Position numbers and translations under genes: made by a program
Shown: one piece after another, positions 1 to 8,559 of the stretch
How positions within the stretch are numbered: position 1 is the stretch's first letter
Layout of the letters: each line of letters starts with the position of its first letter
DNA from: a virus
Taxonomy: Duplodnaviria; Caudoviricetes
Strand: one strand, 5' to 3'
Virus record (IMG/VR): IMGVR_UViG_3300037479_000621
Span: 1 to 55,959 of that record
DNA length: 55,959 bases
Notes under the pieces: model-generated
What the model was told of the DNA's origin: nothing
Databases searched by the model: none
Seen by the model: only the letters and a program-made list of their open reading frames with translations

Positions 1-426
1 TCAGTCTGCTTCCTCTTGCTGTCGCTTCTTGCGCTGCCGCGAGATGACAGCGGTTACTTTTCTGTCGGTCAACTTCCAACGTCCGGCGAGCGTCATGACG
101 ATTTGGCCTGCGGTCTTGCCTTCGCCATGCAACCGCATGATCTCGGCATCGCGTTCGGCGTTCTTCACCGGCCTGCGATGCTTCTTTATCTTCGCCGTGA
201 GGTCATTGGTTTCAGTGACGTAGAGCCGCGTGATCTGATCCATCGTTACGCCTAAAAACTCAACCTTCTCCCGGAGAGTGGCGAGAAACTTTTTGTGGTG
301 CATATTCTGGGGATGTTCGGTGATGAGCGCCCAGAACCGTCGCTGCGCTTCGGGGGACATGCGGGACAGATGCGACTCGACCAAGGCGCGGAGTTCTTCC
401 GCCGTCTCGGGAAGTGACTTCGACAC
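1..426 (-). CDS. HTH protein with Mor/Mu-C-like C-terminus (candidate transcription activator)
   Basis: C-terminal RDAEIMRLHGEGKTAGQIVMTLAGRWKLTDRKVTAVI resembles the Mor/C-type HTH; GGAG SD upstream of GTG. Confidence 0.55.
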   Translation of the reverse strand: MSKSLPETAEELRALVESHLSRMSPEAQRRFWALITEHPQNMHHKKFLATLREKVEFLGVTMDQITRLYVTETNDLTAKIKKHRRPVKNAERDAEIMRLHGEGKTAGQIVMTLAGRWKLTDRKVTAVISRQRKKRQQEEAD

Positions 427-429
427 CGG

Positions 430-545
430 CTGACTCCATTTAACGGGCCAGCCCGACCAGCGCGGCGGAATGGAGCGACCGCGAACGCTGGCCGGGCGTC
501 AGCCGGGGATCAGCCGGCCTTCCCGTCTGGAGTCAGTGTACCACG
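430..545 (-). promoter_or_regulatory. Structured 5' leader with anti-SD pairings and extended -10 (TGGTACACT)
   Basis: Inverted repeats ctgactcca(430-438)/tggagtcag(528-536), ctccatt/aatggag and gcccgaccagcg/cgctggccgggc. Confidence 0.5.
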
Positions 546-630
546 AACTCGCGTGCCAAATGTCAGTAGCGGGACGGGGTAGGGTCAATGTGTACCACTA
601 CCAAATCCTCACTCGTGTAACCTGATAACG

Positions 631-657
631 GCAGGTTCCTTCCGTCGCGCGGACAAT
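631..657 (+). promoter_or_regulatory. Late-type promoter GCAGGTT-N14-GACAAT
   Basis: Same motif and spacing recur upstream of many structural genes. Confidence 0.65.
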
Positions 658-687
658 CCTTCCCATCAGCAACCGCACAATCGCCGG

Positions 688-1146
688 TTGCTCCGATTGG
701 AGGGCGCTCCCATCGCGTTTGACCCCTGCGTAGGAACGGAAGGGCGTGTCAGGACCGGCGCGGGCAGTACCGTCATGTCCGGCCCGATGGAGTGGCGCAT
801 CAACAAGGAAGTCGCCATGGTCCCGATCAACCACTTCGAGCTTTCGGCCGACGCGAACGGCATCGTGTGGCAGAACTTCGAGCCGGGTCTGGCCGGGGCC
901 ACGGCGACGGTCCGCGGCCACATCAACGTGGACGCCACGGACTCGACCGAAGGCGGTACGCCCGCGTTCAAGCTCGGAACCACCGTGACGCTCGACCTGT
1001 TGTTCACCCGCGGCCCGTGGGGGTACATCGACCTGTCCGCCAAGCTCCAGGCGTTCGAGGCGGGCACCAACATCGAGAACCAGACCGGCACGTTCACCGC
1101 GACCTTCCGGCTGAACAGCACGGTCGGCGTGGCGGCGGCATCGTGA
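688..1146 (+). CDS. Major tail tube protein (probable true start ATC at 712)
   Basis: About 145 aa, beta-rich, upstream of chaperone and tape measure genes; GGAGG at 699-703 precedes in-frame ATC-GCG-TTT. Confidence 0.6.
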   Translation: MLRLEGAPIAFDPCVGTEGRVRTGAGSTVMSGPMEWRINKEVAMVPINHFELSADANGIVWQNFEPGLAGATATVRGHINVDATDSTEGGTPAFKLGTTVTLDLLFTRGPWGYIDLSAKLQAFEAGTNIENQTGTFTATFRLNSTVGVAAAS

Positions 1147-1169
1147 CCCCAGCCAGTGGAAACTGAGTT

Positions 1170-1424
1170 ATGCCCAGCGCGACCGTCAAACTCGCCCACC
1201 CGCAGAAGTCCGCCGCGCCCGCCTCCGGCGTCACGGCCGTCCTCAAGACCGCGGCCAACGTCCCGGCGGGGAAGTTCAAGAACTGCTCACTGGCCGCGGA
1301 CGGCATCACGCTCACCATCCCGCTCGGCGAGGGCGAGCGGTTGCCGGACGGCTTCGCGTGCTGCGACCTGTCCGGCCCGGTGTCGCTGTCGGTCTACAAC
1401 GTGCCGATTTCGAGGGGGGCGTGA
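1170..1424 (+). CDS. Hypothetical tail-module protein
   Basis: Phage-like codon usage, within operon. Confidence 0.6.
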   Translation: MPSATVKLAHPQKSAAPASGVTAVLKTAANVPAGKFKNCSLAADGITLTIPLGEGERLPDGFACCDLSGPVSLSVYNVPISRGA

Positions 1425-1804
1425 TGGGCAGGGTGTACGGAATGCCGGACGAACCCGGTGTGCTGAGCGGTGCCGGGTGCCGAGTGTTCGACCACCGAGG
1501 CGAGAAGATTCTGTTTCCGCGGCGCGTGGAGTTCGACGCCGACGCCGACGAGGGCATGGCGACCGTTACGGCAACGGTCACAACCGCCAGGGGCTCGCGG
1601 CTGGTGGATTTCGAGAAGAACGAAGAGTGCCGCGTCACGTTCCGCACGTGGGTCCGGCTCGTTCACCGGGGCGAACCAGACCCGCCGCACACGCCGGACG
1701 TGCGCCTGTGGAAGAACGCCGACGGCACCTACGCGCCCGGCGGCGACCCCATCCCGCAAGTCCCGTTCGCCGAGAAAGTTTCCGAGGTGACCAGTGGCGC
1801 CTGA
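1424..1804 (+). CDS. Hypothetical protein
   Basis: ATG at 1424 coupled to upstream stop. Confidence 0.6.
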   Translation: MGRVYGMPDEPGVLSGAGCRVFDHRGEKILFPRRVEFDADADEGMATVTATVTTARGSRLVDFEKNEECRVTFRTWVRLVHRGEPDPPHTPDVRLWKNADGTYAPGGDPIPQVPFAEKVSEVTSGA

Positions 1805-2462
1805 GCCGAACGACGGGGCCGACACCTCCCCGACCGTTACCACCATGCTCGGGGCGTCCGGGGCGTGCCCGGAAATCCGCCTGAACGGGAAGACGTGGCG
1901 CGTCGGGCACCCGACCCAGCGCGCCAAGGCCGCGCTCGAAGTGCTCGCGGTCGCGCAGGCGGTCGCGGAGATTCGCGAACTCAAGGGCACGCTCCCGCCC
2001 GACGCCTACGCCGAATTGTTCCGCGAACTCAACACGGCGATCGCCGCCAAGCACTACAAGACGTGGGGCGATGGCTGGCAGCGCGTCGTCTGGGGCCCGC
2101 AGTCGGCGCACCTGTTCCTGCTGTCCCTGCTCCGCGAGAACCACCCGGACGCGACCGAGGAGGACGCGCTGGCGCTCGCGGCGGGCGCGGCGGAAGAAGT
2201 CGCGGCGGCGCTCGCCGTGGTCGTCCCCCCTTTCGTCTCCCTGCTGCTCGAAAGCCGGAAGGACGTGCCCCCGGAGCAGCGGAAGCGGGTTCTCGGGGAG
2301 GTGGCGGCGCGGCTGGCCCCGAAAGTCGAACCGGACGCGGTGGTGACGACCCCGCCGCGACCCGCGCCTACCCCCCAGACCTCTGCGCCGTCATCGACCG
2401 CACCCACGAAGCGCTCGCGCAAGAGCCCTGGTGCTGGCACCCCGACCACATCGCCGGCCTGA
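1794..2462 (+). CDS. Tail assembly chaperone (gpG-like)
   Basis: Helical protein between tail tube and tape measure genes; Ser/Thr/Pro tail overlaps an open -1 frame. Confidence 0.65.
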   Translation: MAPEPNDGADTSPTVTTMLGASGACPEIRLNGKTWRVGHPTQRAKAALEVLAVAQAVAEIRELKGTLPPDAYAELFRELNTAIAAKHYKTWGDGWQRVVWGPQSAHLFLLSLLRENHPDATEEDALALAAGAAEEVAAALAVVVPPFVSLLLESRKDVPPEQRKRVLGEVAARLAPKVEPDAVVTTPPRPAPTPQTSAPSSTAPTKRSRKSPGAGTPTTSPA

Positions 2463-2833
2463 CCGACTGGCAAATCTTCAACCGCTACCTGCTCCCGGCG
2501 ATTCGGCGCGCCGAAGAGTTCGCGCGCGACCACCCGACGCCTTCCGTGGATACTGGGTCGGGCGGGTCATCGGCAGAGCCGCGACAACTCGGGAAGCGCC
2601 CCGGGCGGGGCAAGGGCGGGAGTGGCTTGGGACTGGTGCCGCCCGGCAGCGGGCCGGACTACGAGCCGGGCAGCAAGGGGCACCGCAAGCAAATCGTCGA
2701 GCTGGCGTACATGGCAATTCAAGGTCTGCCCCGCGAGGCGGCCGAACGGCTTTACGACAAGCAGCTCACACAGTGGAAGGACGAGCAGCGCCGCGAGAAG
2801 CGGGCCACGCGGCGGAAGAAGGGCCGGAAGTGA
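2370..2833 (+). CDS. Tail assembly chaperone -1 frameshift extension (gpGT-like)
   Basis: Protein-like -1 frame (EPWCWHPDHIAGLTDWQIF...) with no own start, ending just before the tape measure promoter. Confidence 0.6.
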
Positions 2834-2835
2834 CC

Positions 2836-2847
2836 TTACGCGCCTAA
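2836..2847 (-). repeat. Dispersed 12-bp motif TTAGGCGCGTAA (perfect)
   Basis: TTACGCGCCTAA on + strand. Confidence 0.9.
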
Positions 2848-2855
2848 CCGCATCC

Positions 2856-2882
2856 GCAGGTTTCCACGCGGCCAGCCAGAAT
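2856..2882 (+). promoter_or_regulatory. Late-type promoter GCAGGTT-N14-CAGAAT, leaderless to ATG 2890
   Basis: Motif followed by 7 nt to ATG. Confidence 0.7.
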
Positions 2883-2889
2883 CACGGGC

Positions 2890-4383
2890 ATGGCAATTCC
2901 CGGACAAGGTTTCGCGGCGGCGGCACTGACCGACCCACTCGATGCGGTCAAGAAGGCGTTCGCGGGCGTCGGCGAACTGCTCAAGAACACCGTCCTGCCG
3001 CCGCTCGAACACACGCTCAAGATGTTCAAGGACATCGGCGAAGTGTTCCGTACGGCGCTCCCCATCCTCGATGTCGTCGGTGCGAAGCTCAGGGCTGTCG
3101 GCGAGGCGTTCAAGACGGCGTTCCGGGAGAACATCGGCGAGCGCGTCACCGCCGTGTTCCAGGGCATCCGCAAGGCCATCGACTTCGCCCTACCGACCTA
3201 CCTCGTCGATTACTTCAAGGATGTGGGCGGGAAGATTTCGACCGCCTTCGGTTCCATCCTCAAGTCCCTCGGCTCCCTCGCCGGCGCGGCCGTGGTTGCG
3301 GGCACGGCGCTGGCCGCGGTGGGCCGGGCGATGGGCTCTTTTGTCTCGAAGGCTAACCCGGCCGTCTGGGATCAGTTCACGCTCGCACTCAATGACCTCA
3401 TGGCCGTGGTCGGCCGCGCGCTCGTCCCCATTCTGAGTAACGTCGTCATCCCCGTCGTCCGCAGCTTCGCGGACATGCTGATGCAGTTGTCGCCCATCGG
3501 CAACGCGCTCGGGCAAGCCCTGAAGCCCCTGGTGCAAGTCTTCGGTGCGGTCTTCGAGGTGGTCGGCCGCGTACTCGGTAAGGTCGGCGAGATGGCGCAG
3601 GCCGCCGCGCCCGCGTTCGCCGCGCTGGGGCAAGTGCTCGTGTCCGTCGTGCAAGCCGTTCAGCCGATTTTCGACGTGCTCGTTGACGTGATCGGCGGCG
3701 CGTTCGTCGAGGCCATGAAGTTGGTCGCGGAGGCCGTGAAGACGGTCGCACCGTTTTTGCTCGCGTTCGGTCGCATCATGGGCGACGTGGCCCAGTTCGT
3801 GGCGTCCGGCGTGCGGACGCTGCTCGCCTTGGTCGGCATCAACCTGCCCGACACGCCGGGGACCAAGCCGGGGAGTTCGGTCGGCGCGGCCACGCGGCAG
3901 GCGGGGCACGCGAGCGTCGAAGAAGTGGTGAAGCAGGCGCAGCGCTCCGCGTTCAGTCTGGGCACGGCGTCGAGCGACCCGATGGCGAAGGTGGCGGACT
4001 CGACGAAGGCGATTCAGCAGCGGGCCGACGAGATTTACCGGTTCATCGTGGAGATTCCGGGCAAGATCGGGGAGTACATTTTGGGATTGCCCCAAGCAAT
4101 GTGGAATCTGTTCAAGGGGTTCGCGGACGACCTCCATAAAGCCGTCCTAGAGTTGCCCAGACTGATTGGGGACACGATCCGCGAGTTGCCCAGACTGATT
4201 GGGGACACGATCCGCCTCGCCCCCAAGTTGGCGACCGCCGTTGCGACCACGGCCGGGCGGGGCGTGCGCGCCGCCGCCGACGCCATTCCCGGAGCCGGAC
4301 TGGTGGTACGGGCCTACGACTTCGGGCGGCGGCAACTCGACAAGCCGGGCGTGTTCGGGTTCACATCCCTGAACCCGTTCTAG
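2890..4383 (+). CDS. Tape measure protein
   Basis: 497 aa Ala/Val/Leu-rich amphipathic helical repeats after the chaperone pair. Confidence 0.75.
   Translation: MAIPGQGFAAAALTDPLDAVKKAFAGVGELLKNTVLPPLEHTLKMFKDIGEVFRTALPILDVVGAKLRAVGEAFKTAFRENIGERVTAVFQGIRKAIDFALPTYLVDYFKDVGGKISTAFGSILKSLGSLAGAAVVAGTALAAVGRAMGSFVSKANPAVWDQFTLALNDLMAVVGRALVPILSNVVIPVVRSFADMLMQLSPIGNALGQALKPLVQVFGAVFEVVGRVLGKVGEMAQAAAPAFAALGQVLVSVVQAVQPIFDVLVDVIGGAFVEAMKLVAEAVKTVAPFLLAFGRIMGDVAQFVASGVRTLLALVGINLPDTPGTKPGSSVGAATRQAGHASVEEVVKQAQRSAFSLGTASSDPMAKVADSTKAIQQRADEIYRFIVEIPGKIGEYILGLPQAMWNLFKGFADDLHKAVLELPRLIGDTIRELPRLIGDTIRLAPKLATAVATTAGRGVRAAADAIPGAGLVVRAYDFGRRQLDKPGVFGFTSLNPF
4150..4215 (+). repeat. Perfect 33-bp tandem duplication (ELPRLIGDTIR x2) in tape measure gene
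   Basis: gagttgcccagactgattggggacacgatccgc twice. Confidence 0.95.
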
Positions 4384-4385
4384 CC

Positions 4386-4967
4386 TCAGTCCTTCTCGCC
4401 GGTCCACGCGGAACGCGGGATGCGAAAACGAATCGGGTCTTTCTCACCGATATTCTCGCCGCTCAACTCTAGACTGATGTATTTGGCAGTGTCCACCGGA
4501 CGCTCGAAGGCCAGCGCGTCGCCCCGCGGTCTGTCGCTGTACACCGGCCCGCCGCCGAAGCCCATCTTCTCACCGAACTTGTCGGCGAACTGTTTCTTGG
4601 TCTCGTGCTCCAACTCGAAGGAAAGCCGCCGTTGCCGGTACGAATTGCCCTTCTCGTCAGCCATTTGGCTTGTGCCAACCTCGCCCCAACTCACGTATTC
4701 CAACTTGCGGTTTTCGTCCGCGTTCTTCAGGCCAACGCCGATGAGCATGTCTTCCCGGCTGATGACTTCGGCACCGAGAATCTGAACCGTCACCTTGCCG
4801 CGTACCGCCTTCTGCGTTCTCGCATCGAGCCAATCGGGGTATCCGTAACTGGTGTCGCGGGGCTTAGCCGAGTCCCCGCCCCCGCCCGATTCTTCGGTGG
4901 CTTCCTTCTTCCCACACCCGACCAGTCCGGCCATCGCGACTAGTACCAAACACGCCGCTGCGCGCAT
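4386..4967 (-). CDS. Lipoprotein (moron; possible superinfection exclusion)
   Basis: Signal peptide with lipobox LVGC; opposite strand; lower GC. Confidence 0.7.
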   Translation of the reverse strand: MRAAACLVLVAMAGLVGCGKKEATEESGGGGDSAKPRDTSYGYPDWLDARTQKAVRGKVTVQILGAEVISREDMLIGVGLKNADENRKLEYVSWGEVGTSQMADEKGNSYRQRRLSFELEHETKKQFADKFGEKMGFGGGPVYSDRPRGDALAFERPVDTAKYISLELSGENIGEKDPIRFRIPRSAWTGEKD

Positions 4968-5108
4968 GGGGTAGCCCTCTTGGGTACTTCGGTGGGGCGG
5001 CCATGAGATTAAAGTGCCGTCTGCCGCGCGCCAAGGCGCTTACCGAGATTGACGAACCAACGAAGGACGGGAAACTCTCTGCCAGCGCCACACCGCAGAG
5101 GGAAGGAC

Positions 5109-5267
5109 ATGAAACGTATTTACACGCTCAACGAAAAGGCGTTCGATCAACTCACAGATGAGGCAGCGTACTGGGTCGGGTTTCTGCTTGCCGACGGGTG
5201 CATTTATCGAGACCGTAGCGGGGCTTTGCAACGGAAGCCCGCCGCGAAACGAAACGCGGCGGGTTGA
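5109..5267 (+). pseudogene. LAGLIDADG homing endonuclease N-terminal remnant
   Basis: AAYWVGFLLADGCI motif, then a stop at 52 aa. Confidence 0.6.
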
Positions 5268-5347
5268 AACGGAACTCATTGTAGTCGCGCCCAGATTGGG
5301 CGCGACTCACTTGACACGTCTGGAATAGATTTGCTACAGTATTCCGC

Positions 5348-5551
5348 ATGCCACGCGGACGACCGCCGAAAGCCGACGGGGAGCGGAAGGCGAAAGACCT
5401 TCGCATCCCGGTGACTGACGAGCAGAAGGAACTCGTCGCGGAAGCGATGCGCTTGAGCGGTCAGGATATGGCGACGTGGGCGCGGCCGATTCTCTTGGCA
5501 GAGGCAGAGGCCATCATCGCGAATAACCGGAAAGCCAAGAAGAAGCAGTAG
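5348..5551 (+). CDS. Small RHH/AT-hook DNA-binding protein
   Basis: RGRPPK...DLRIPVTDEQKELVAEA; TTGACA-18-TACAGT promoter with leaderless ATG. Confidence 0.65.
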   Translation: MPRGRPPKADGERKAKDLRIPVTDEQKELVAEAMRLSGQDMATWARPILLAEAEAIIANNRKAKKKQ

Positions 5552-5571
5552 GTGCGCGCTCGATCCCGGGC

Positions 5572-5583
5572 TTAGGTGCGTAA
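5572..5583 (+). repeat. Dispersed 12-bp motif (1 mismatch, TTAGGTGCGTAA)
   Basis: Overlaps stop of the minus-strand gene. Confidence 0.8.
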
Positions 5584-5862
5584 CGTCCGGTCGGGGCAGA
5601 TGCGGCAGCACTTCACGGGCGTCCCGTCGCCCAGTTTCACGAGTTTCGCCTCCGAGCAGACGCCGTGGACGGCGCACGCCAGGAGCGGAACGTCCGTCGT
5701 CCGCGCGCACTCCCGGCACGGCCGCGTCTGGCCGGTCGGCGCGCCCCGGTGGGCGCAGGGCGGGGCGACGGGCAGGTGCACCGCCTTCGGAACCCTCGTC
5801 GGCCGCGGGTTCGCCGCGCGACGGGCGAGCACGCGGTACAGTTTGGCGAGTCGGTCGTTCAT
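5572..5862 (-). CDS. Cys-rich small protein
   Basis: Several CxxC pairs; last gene of the leftward tail operon. Confidence 0.55.
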   Translation of the reverse strand: MNDRLAKLYRVLARRAANPRPTRVPKAVHLPVAPPCAHRGAPTGQTRPCRECARTTDVPLLACAVHGVCSEAKLVKLGDGTPVKCCRICPDRTLRT

Positions 5863-5866
5863 GGGG

Positions 5867-6679
5867 TTACGGGGCAACGGTGTCTACCTGGACGCTGCTC
5901 ATGTTCTGGCCGCACGGGGAGCCGGTGGCCGGGGCGAGGCTGCCCCACAGGAACGGCACGCAGGTGGTGACCGAGTTCGCCACGCCCACGGTCGTGGTGC
6001 CGGTGTGGCTCATCGTCGCCTCCATGCGGTACGAGTTCGAGGCGAGCGGCGCGACCCGCCGGAACTTGAAGGTCACGGTGACGCCCCCGCCGCAGGCGTC
6101 GGAGTCGCCGACCCACGCGAACCCGTTCCAGTTCAGGGTCACCGTGCCGAAGAACGACGCCGACCCCTGGAAGTGGGCGTACAGCGTCTCCGGCGGCAGC
6201 GAGCCGGAGCACTCCTGCATCACGCACTCGTCGATGCCCGATTCCGTCGCGATGACCACCGACGCCGACCCGCTGCACGGGCTGGTCATCGCCGACTCGG
6301 TGAACACGAGGCACACGCAGTTGTCCTCGGTGGTCGTGTCGAGCACCCACGAGTTGCCCGCCGTGTCGGTCAGCACCCACTCGCCGTCGTCGCACTCCAG
6401 CATGAGCGAGTACGAGCCGCCACAACTCGTGGTCGTGCCGAGCCACACCATGTCGATGTTGTCCCACGTCAGCGTGATCGAGGTGAGGCAGGTGCACGCC
6501 CCGGTCTGGTCGCGGAACGTGGCGTAGAGCGTGTCCGGCAGGTCCGGGCAGCAGTCCACCTCCGACGGGTCGCAGCAGTCCTCGGGGTCGAGTTCGCACG
6601 ACTTCTCGCCGCGGAAGATGTCCGGCGGCAACTCGACCGGCCGCGACTCGACGATGATTCCCGTGACGAGGCGTCCCAT
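5867..6679 (-). CDS. Cys-rich beta-strand tail-associated protein with internal duplication
   Basis: LPDTLYATF / LPPETLYAHF repeats, many Cys. Confidence 0.6.
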   Translation of the reverse strand: MGRLVTGIIVESRPVELPPDIFRGEKSCELDPEDCCDPSEVDCCPDLPDTLYATFRDQTGACTCLTSITLTWDNIDMVWLGTTTSCGGSYSLMLECDDGEWVLTDTAGNSWVLDTTTEDNCVCLVFTESAMTSPCSGSASVVIATESGIDECVMQECSGSLPPETLYAHFQGSASFFGTVTLNWNGFAWVGDSDACGGGVTVTFKFRRVAPLASNSYRMEATMSHTGTTTVGVANSVTTCVPFLWGSLAPATGSPCGQNMSSVQVDTVAP

Positions 6680-6682
6680 GCG

Positions 6683-7321
6683 TCACGTCCCCACCTCGGC
6701 GGTGATGATCCAGGTGCCCGACGAGCAGCCGGCGTGAATCGTCTTCGAGGCCCACTGGTCCGTGAGCGTGAACGTCGCCGCCCCGTCGATGGTGTCACCC
6801 CCCGCCCCGTCGATGGTGACCGTGTTCACCCCGCCCGTGATCCGCTTGAAGATGTAGAAATCCCCCGCCCGCCACGCGGGGAGCGTCACGGTGATGTTGT
6901 TCGAGGTCGGGTCGATCTGGATGATCGTGTCGTCCTGCGTCATCGTGTAGGCGGCGGCCGTGATGGTGTCGCACTCCGCGATGACGGGGCAGACGCCGGT
7001 GACGAGCTTGTCGGTGTCGTCGTCGCCCGACGCGCTGTCCGTGATGAGGTAGCCCTGCGAGGCGGCGTCCGGTTCGAGCCAGACGACCGTGCCCTCGGGA
7101 ATCTCCGTACTCCCGCCCAGGTCGAAGGCGCGGTTGCCGGTGAGCGGGTTGTTGGCGTCTTGGACTTCGCCCTCCGCCAGCGTCATCCGCTCCCACTCGT
7201 AGCCCGTGTCGGCGTCGAACTCGCTCGTGATCTTGGCGGGGAACCCGGTCTGGTGCCTGGCCGCGACGGGCGGCGCGTGCTCCAAGTCGCGGATGCGGCG
7301 TTCGAGGTCGCTGGGAACCAC
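6683..7321 (-). CDS. Tail fibre/spike-like protein
   Basis: ITVTLP...FYIFKRITGGVNTVTIDGAGGDTIDG fibre-type beta repeat. Confidence 0.6.
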   Translation of the reverse strand: MVPSDLERRIRDLEHAPPVAARHQTGFPAKITSEFDADTGYEWERMTLAEGEVQDANNPLTGNRAFDLGGSTEIPEGTVVWLEPDAASQGYLITDSASGDDDTDKLVTGVCPVIAECDTITAAAYTMTQDDTIIQIDPTSNNITVTLPAWRAGDFYIFKRITGGVNTVTIDGAGGDTIDGAATFTLTDQWASKTIHAGCSSGTWIITAEVGT

Positions 7322-7324
7322 GGG

Positions 7325-8386
7325 TCAGCTCGAAACGTGGGTGAAAATGTCCATCATCGGGACGGCTTCCAGGAGTCCCCGCCCGGAGTTCGAGCCGTTG
7401 CGGGTCGCGCGGTAATACTTCCCGTCGCCGTTGACGATGCCGTTCCCGCCCCACGGCATGTTGTTCCACCCGTGCCGGTGCGGGTTCGTCGCGCCGAGCG
7501 GCGGGTCGAAGAAGGAGAAGTTCAGTGTCACGTTCACGCCCATGAGCGGTTCGGTCGTGTCGTCCGACGCCACCCACCACGGGAAGATTTCGTACTGGGG
7601 CGGGAGCATCAGCAGCGTCTCGGGCTCGAACTCGTCGAACAGGGTGTCCGAGTTGACGCGCCCGATACAGGCTTCGATTTTCGTCGGCCGGAAGAAGTTG
7701 TTGGACGAACTGAGGTAGTCCCACTCGACGTGCCACCACAGCAGGCGTAGCGTCGTCTTGCACTGGAGTTCGGCGAGTGGGGCGGTGAACCGCGTCCCGT
7801 CCCCGGTGATCTTCGGGCCGGTCGAACTCGTCTCCGAGAACCGCAGTTGCGACAGCCCGCCCGTCACGGTGAGCGCCTCGACCTGCGGCTCGGGGGGCAA
7901 CAGTAGGGTGTTGCGGAACCACTCGTCCTTGGGGGACTCGATCTCGTCGTCTTCCAGGAACCACACGTCGCCGAACGCTCGGTACTTCACCGCGCACAGG
8001 CACTTCAGGTACTTCGTCCGCCGCGTCACCGGGTCGAGCACGAACGGCGTCATGTCGTAGGGCGAGTTGTTCGGGTTGTCGGTGTTGGCTTCGAGGACTG
8101 CGCCGCCGAACGACACGTCGTAGGCGCGCAACCAGGGGTAATCGGGGTGTTGGTGCGGTTGCTCGCGGTGGAGTCGCCACGGTGCGGCGGTGTCGGCGTA
8201 GGCGAAGCCCTTAAAGAACCGCAGCGCGGAGCGCCGCTTGTTCCACGGAATCCAGCCGAACAGGGTGTCCTCTTGGGCCGTGTCCGCGAAGTGCGCGCTG
8301 CCCCGTTCGCTGTCCTCAGCGACTTCCTTCCAGTCCTCTACGTAATTGAACTGGTCTTCGGCTTGTTCGACATACGGTCCGGGCAT
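7325..8386 (-). CDS. Putative tail-tip/distal tail protein
   Basis: 353 aa; first gene of an operon with a late-type promoter. Confidence 0.5.
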   Translation of the reverse strand: MPGPYVEQAEDQFNYVEDWKEVAEDSERGSAHFADTAQEDTLFGWIPWNKRRSALRFFKGFAYADTAAPWRLHREQPHQHPDYPWLRAYDVSFGGAVLEANTDNPNNSPYDMTPFVLDPVTRRTKYLKCLCAVKYRAFGDVWFLEDDEIESPKDEWFRNTLLLPPEPQVEALTVTGGLSQLRFSETSSTGPKITGDGTRFTAPLAELQCKTTLRLLWWHVEWDYLSSSNNFFRPTKIEACIGRVNSDTLFDEFEPETLLMLPPQYEIFPWWVASDDTTEPLMGVNVTLNFSFFDPPLGATNPHRHGWNNMPWGGNGIVNGDGKYYRATRNGSNSGRGLLEAVPMMDIFTHVSS

Positions 8387-8392
8387 GCCGCC

Positions 8393-8419
8393 AAGATGCC
8401 GCGGCGCGCTGTAACCTGC
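8393..8419 (-). promoter_or_regulatory. Late-type promoter GCAGGTT-N14-CATCTT, leaderless to ATG 8386
   Basis: Motif on minus strand followed by 6 nt to ATG. Confidence 0.7.
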
Positions 8420-8426
8420 GGGCGGT

Positions 8427-8453
8427 GCAAGTTTCTGTCGCGCCCCGCATCAT
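8427..8453 (+). promoter_or_regulatory. Late-type promoter GCAAGTT-N14-CATCAT
   Basis: Back-to-back with the leftward promoter. Confidence 0.7.
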
Positions 8454-8559
8454 CGGCAGAGTTAAACGCGGGTGCGAGTGCGGCGAATAACAGGGCGGGG
8501 AGCCGACTGTTGCGAGCAGCCGACTCCCACCAACCAAACACCTACGCAGGAGGTGCCGA

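Noticed and set aside
5576-7750. 724-aa + strand ORF
   Set aside because: Arg/Gly/His-rich shadow frame antisense to real minus-strand genes in GC-rich DNA
4386-8420. Invertible tail segment
   Set aside because: No flanking inverted repeats or invertase seen; the orientation is explained by its own promoter
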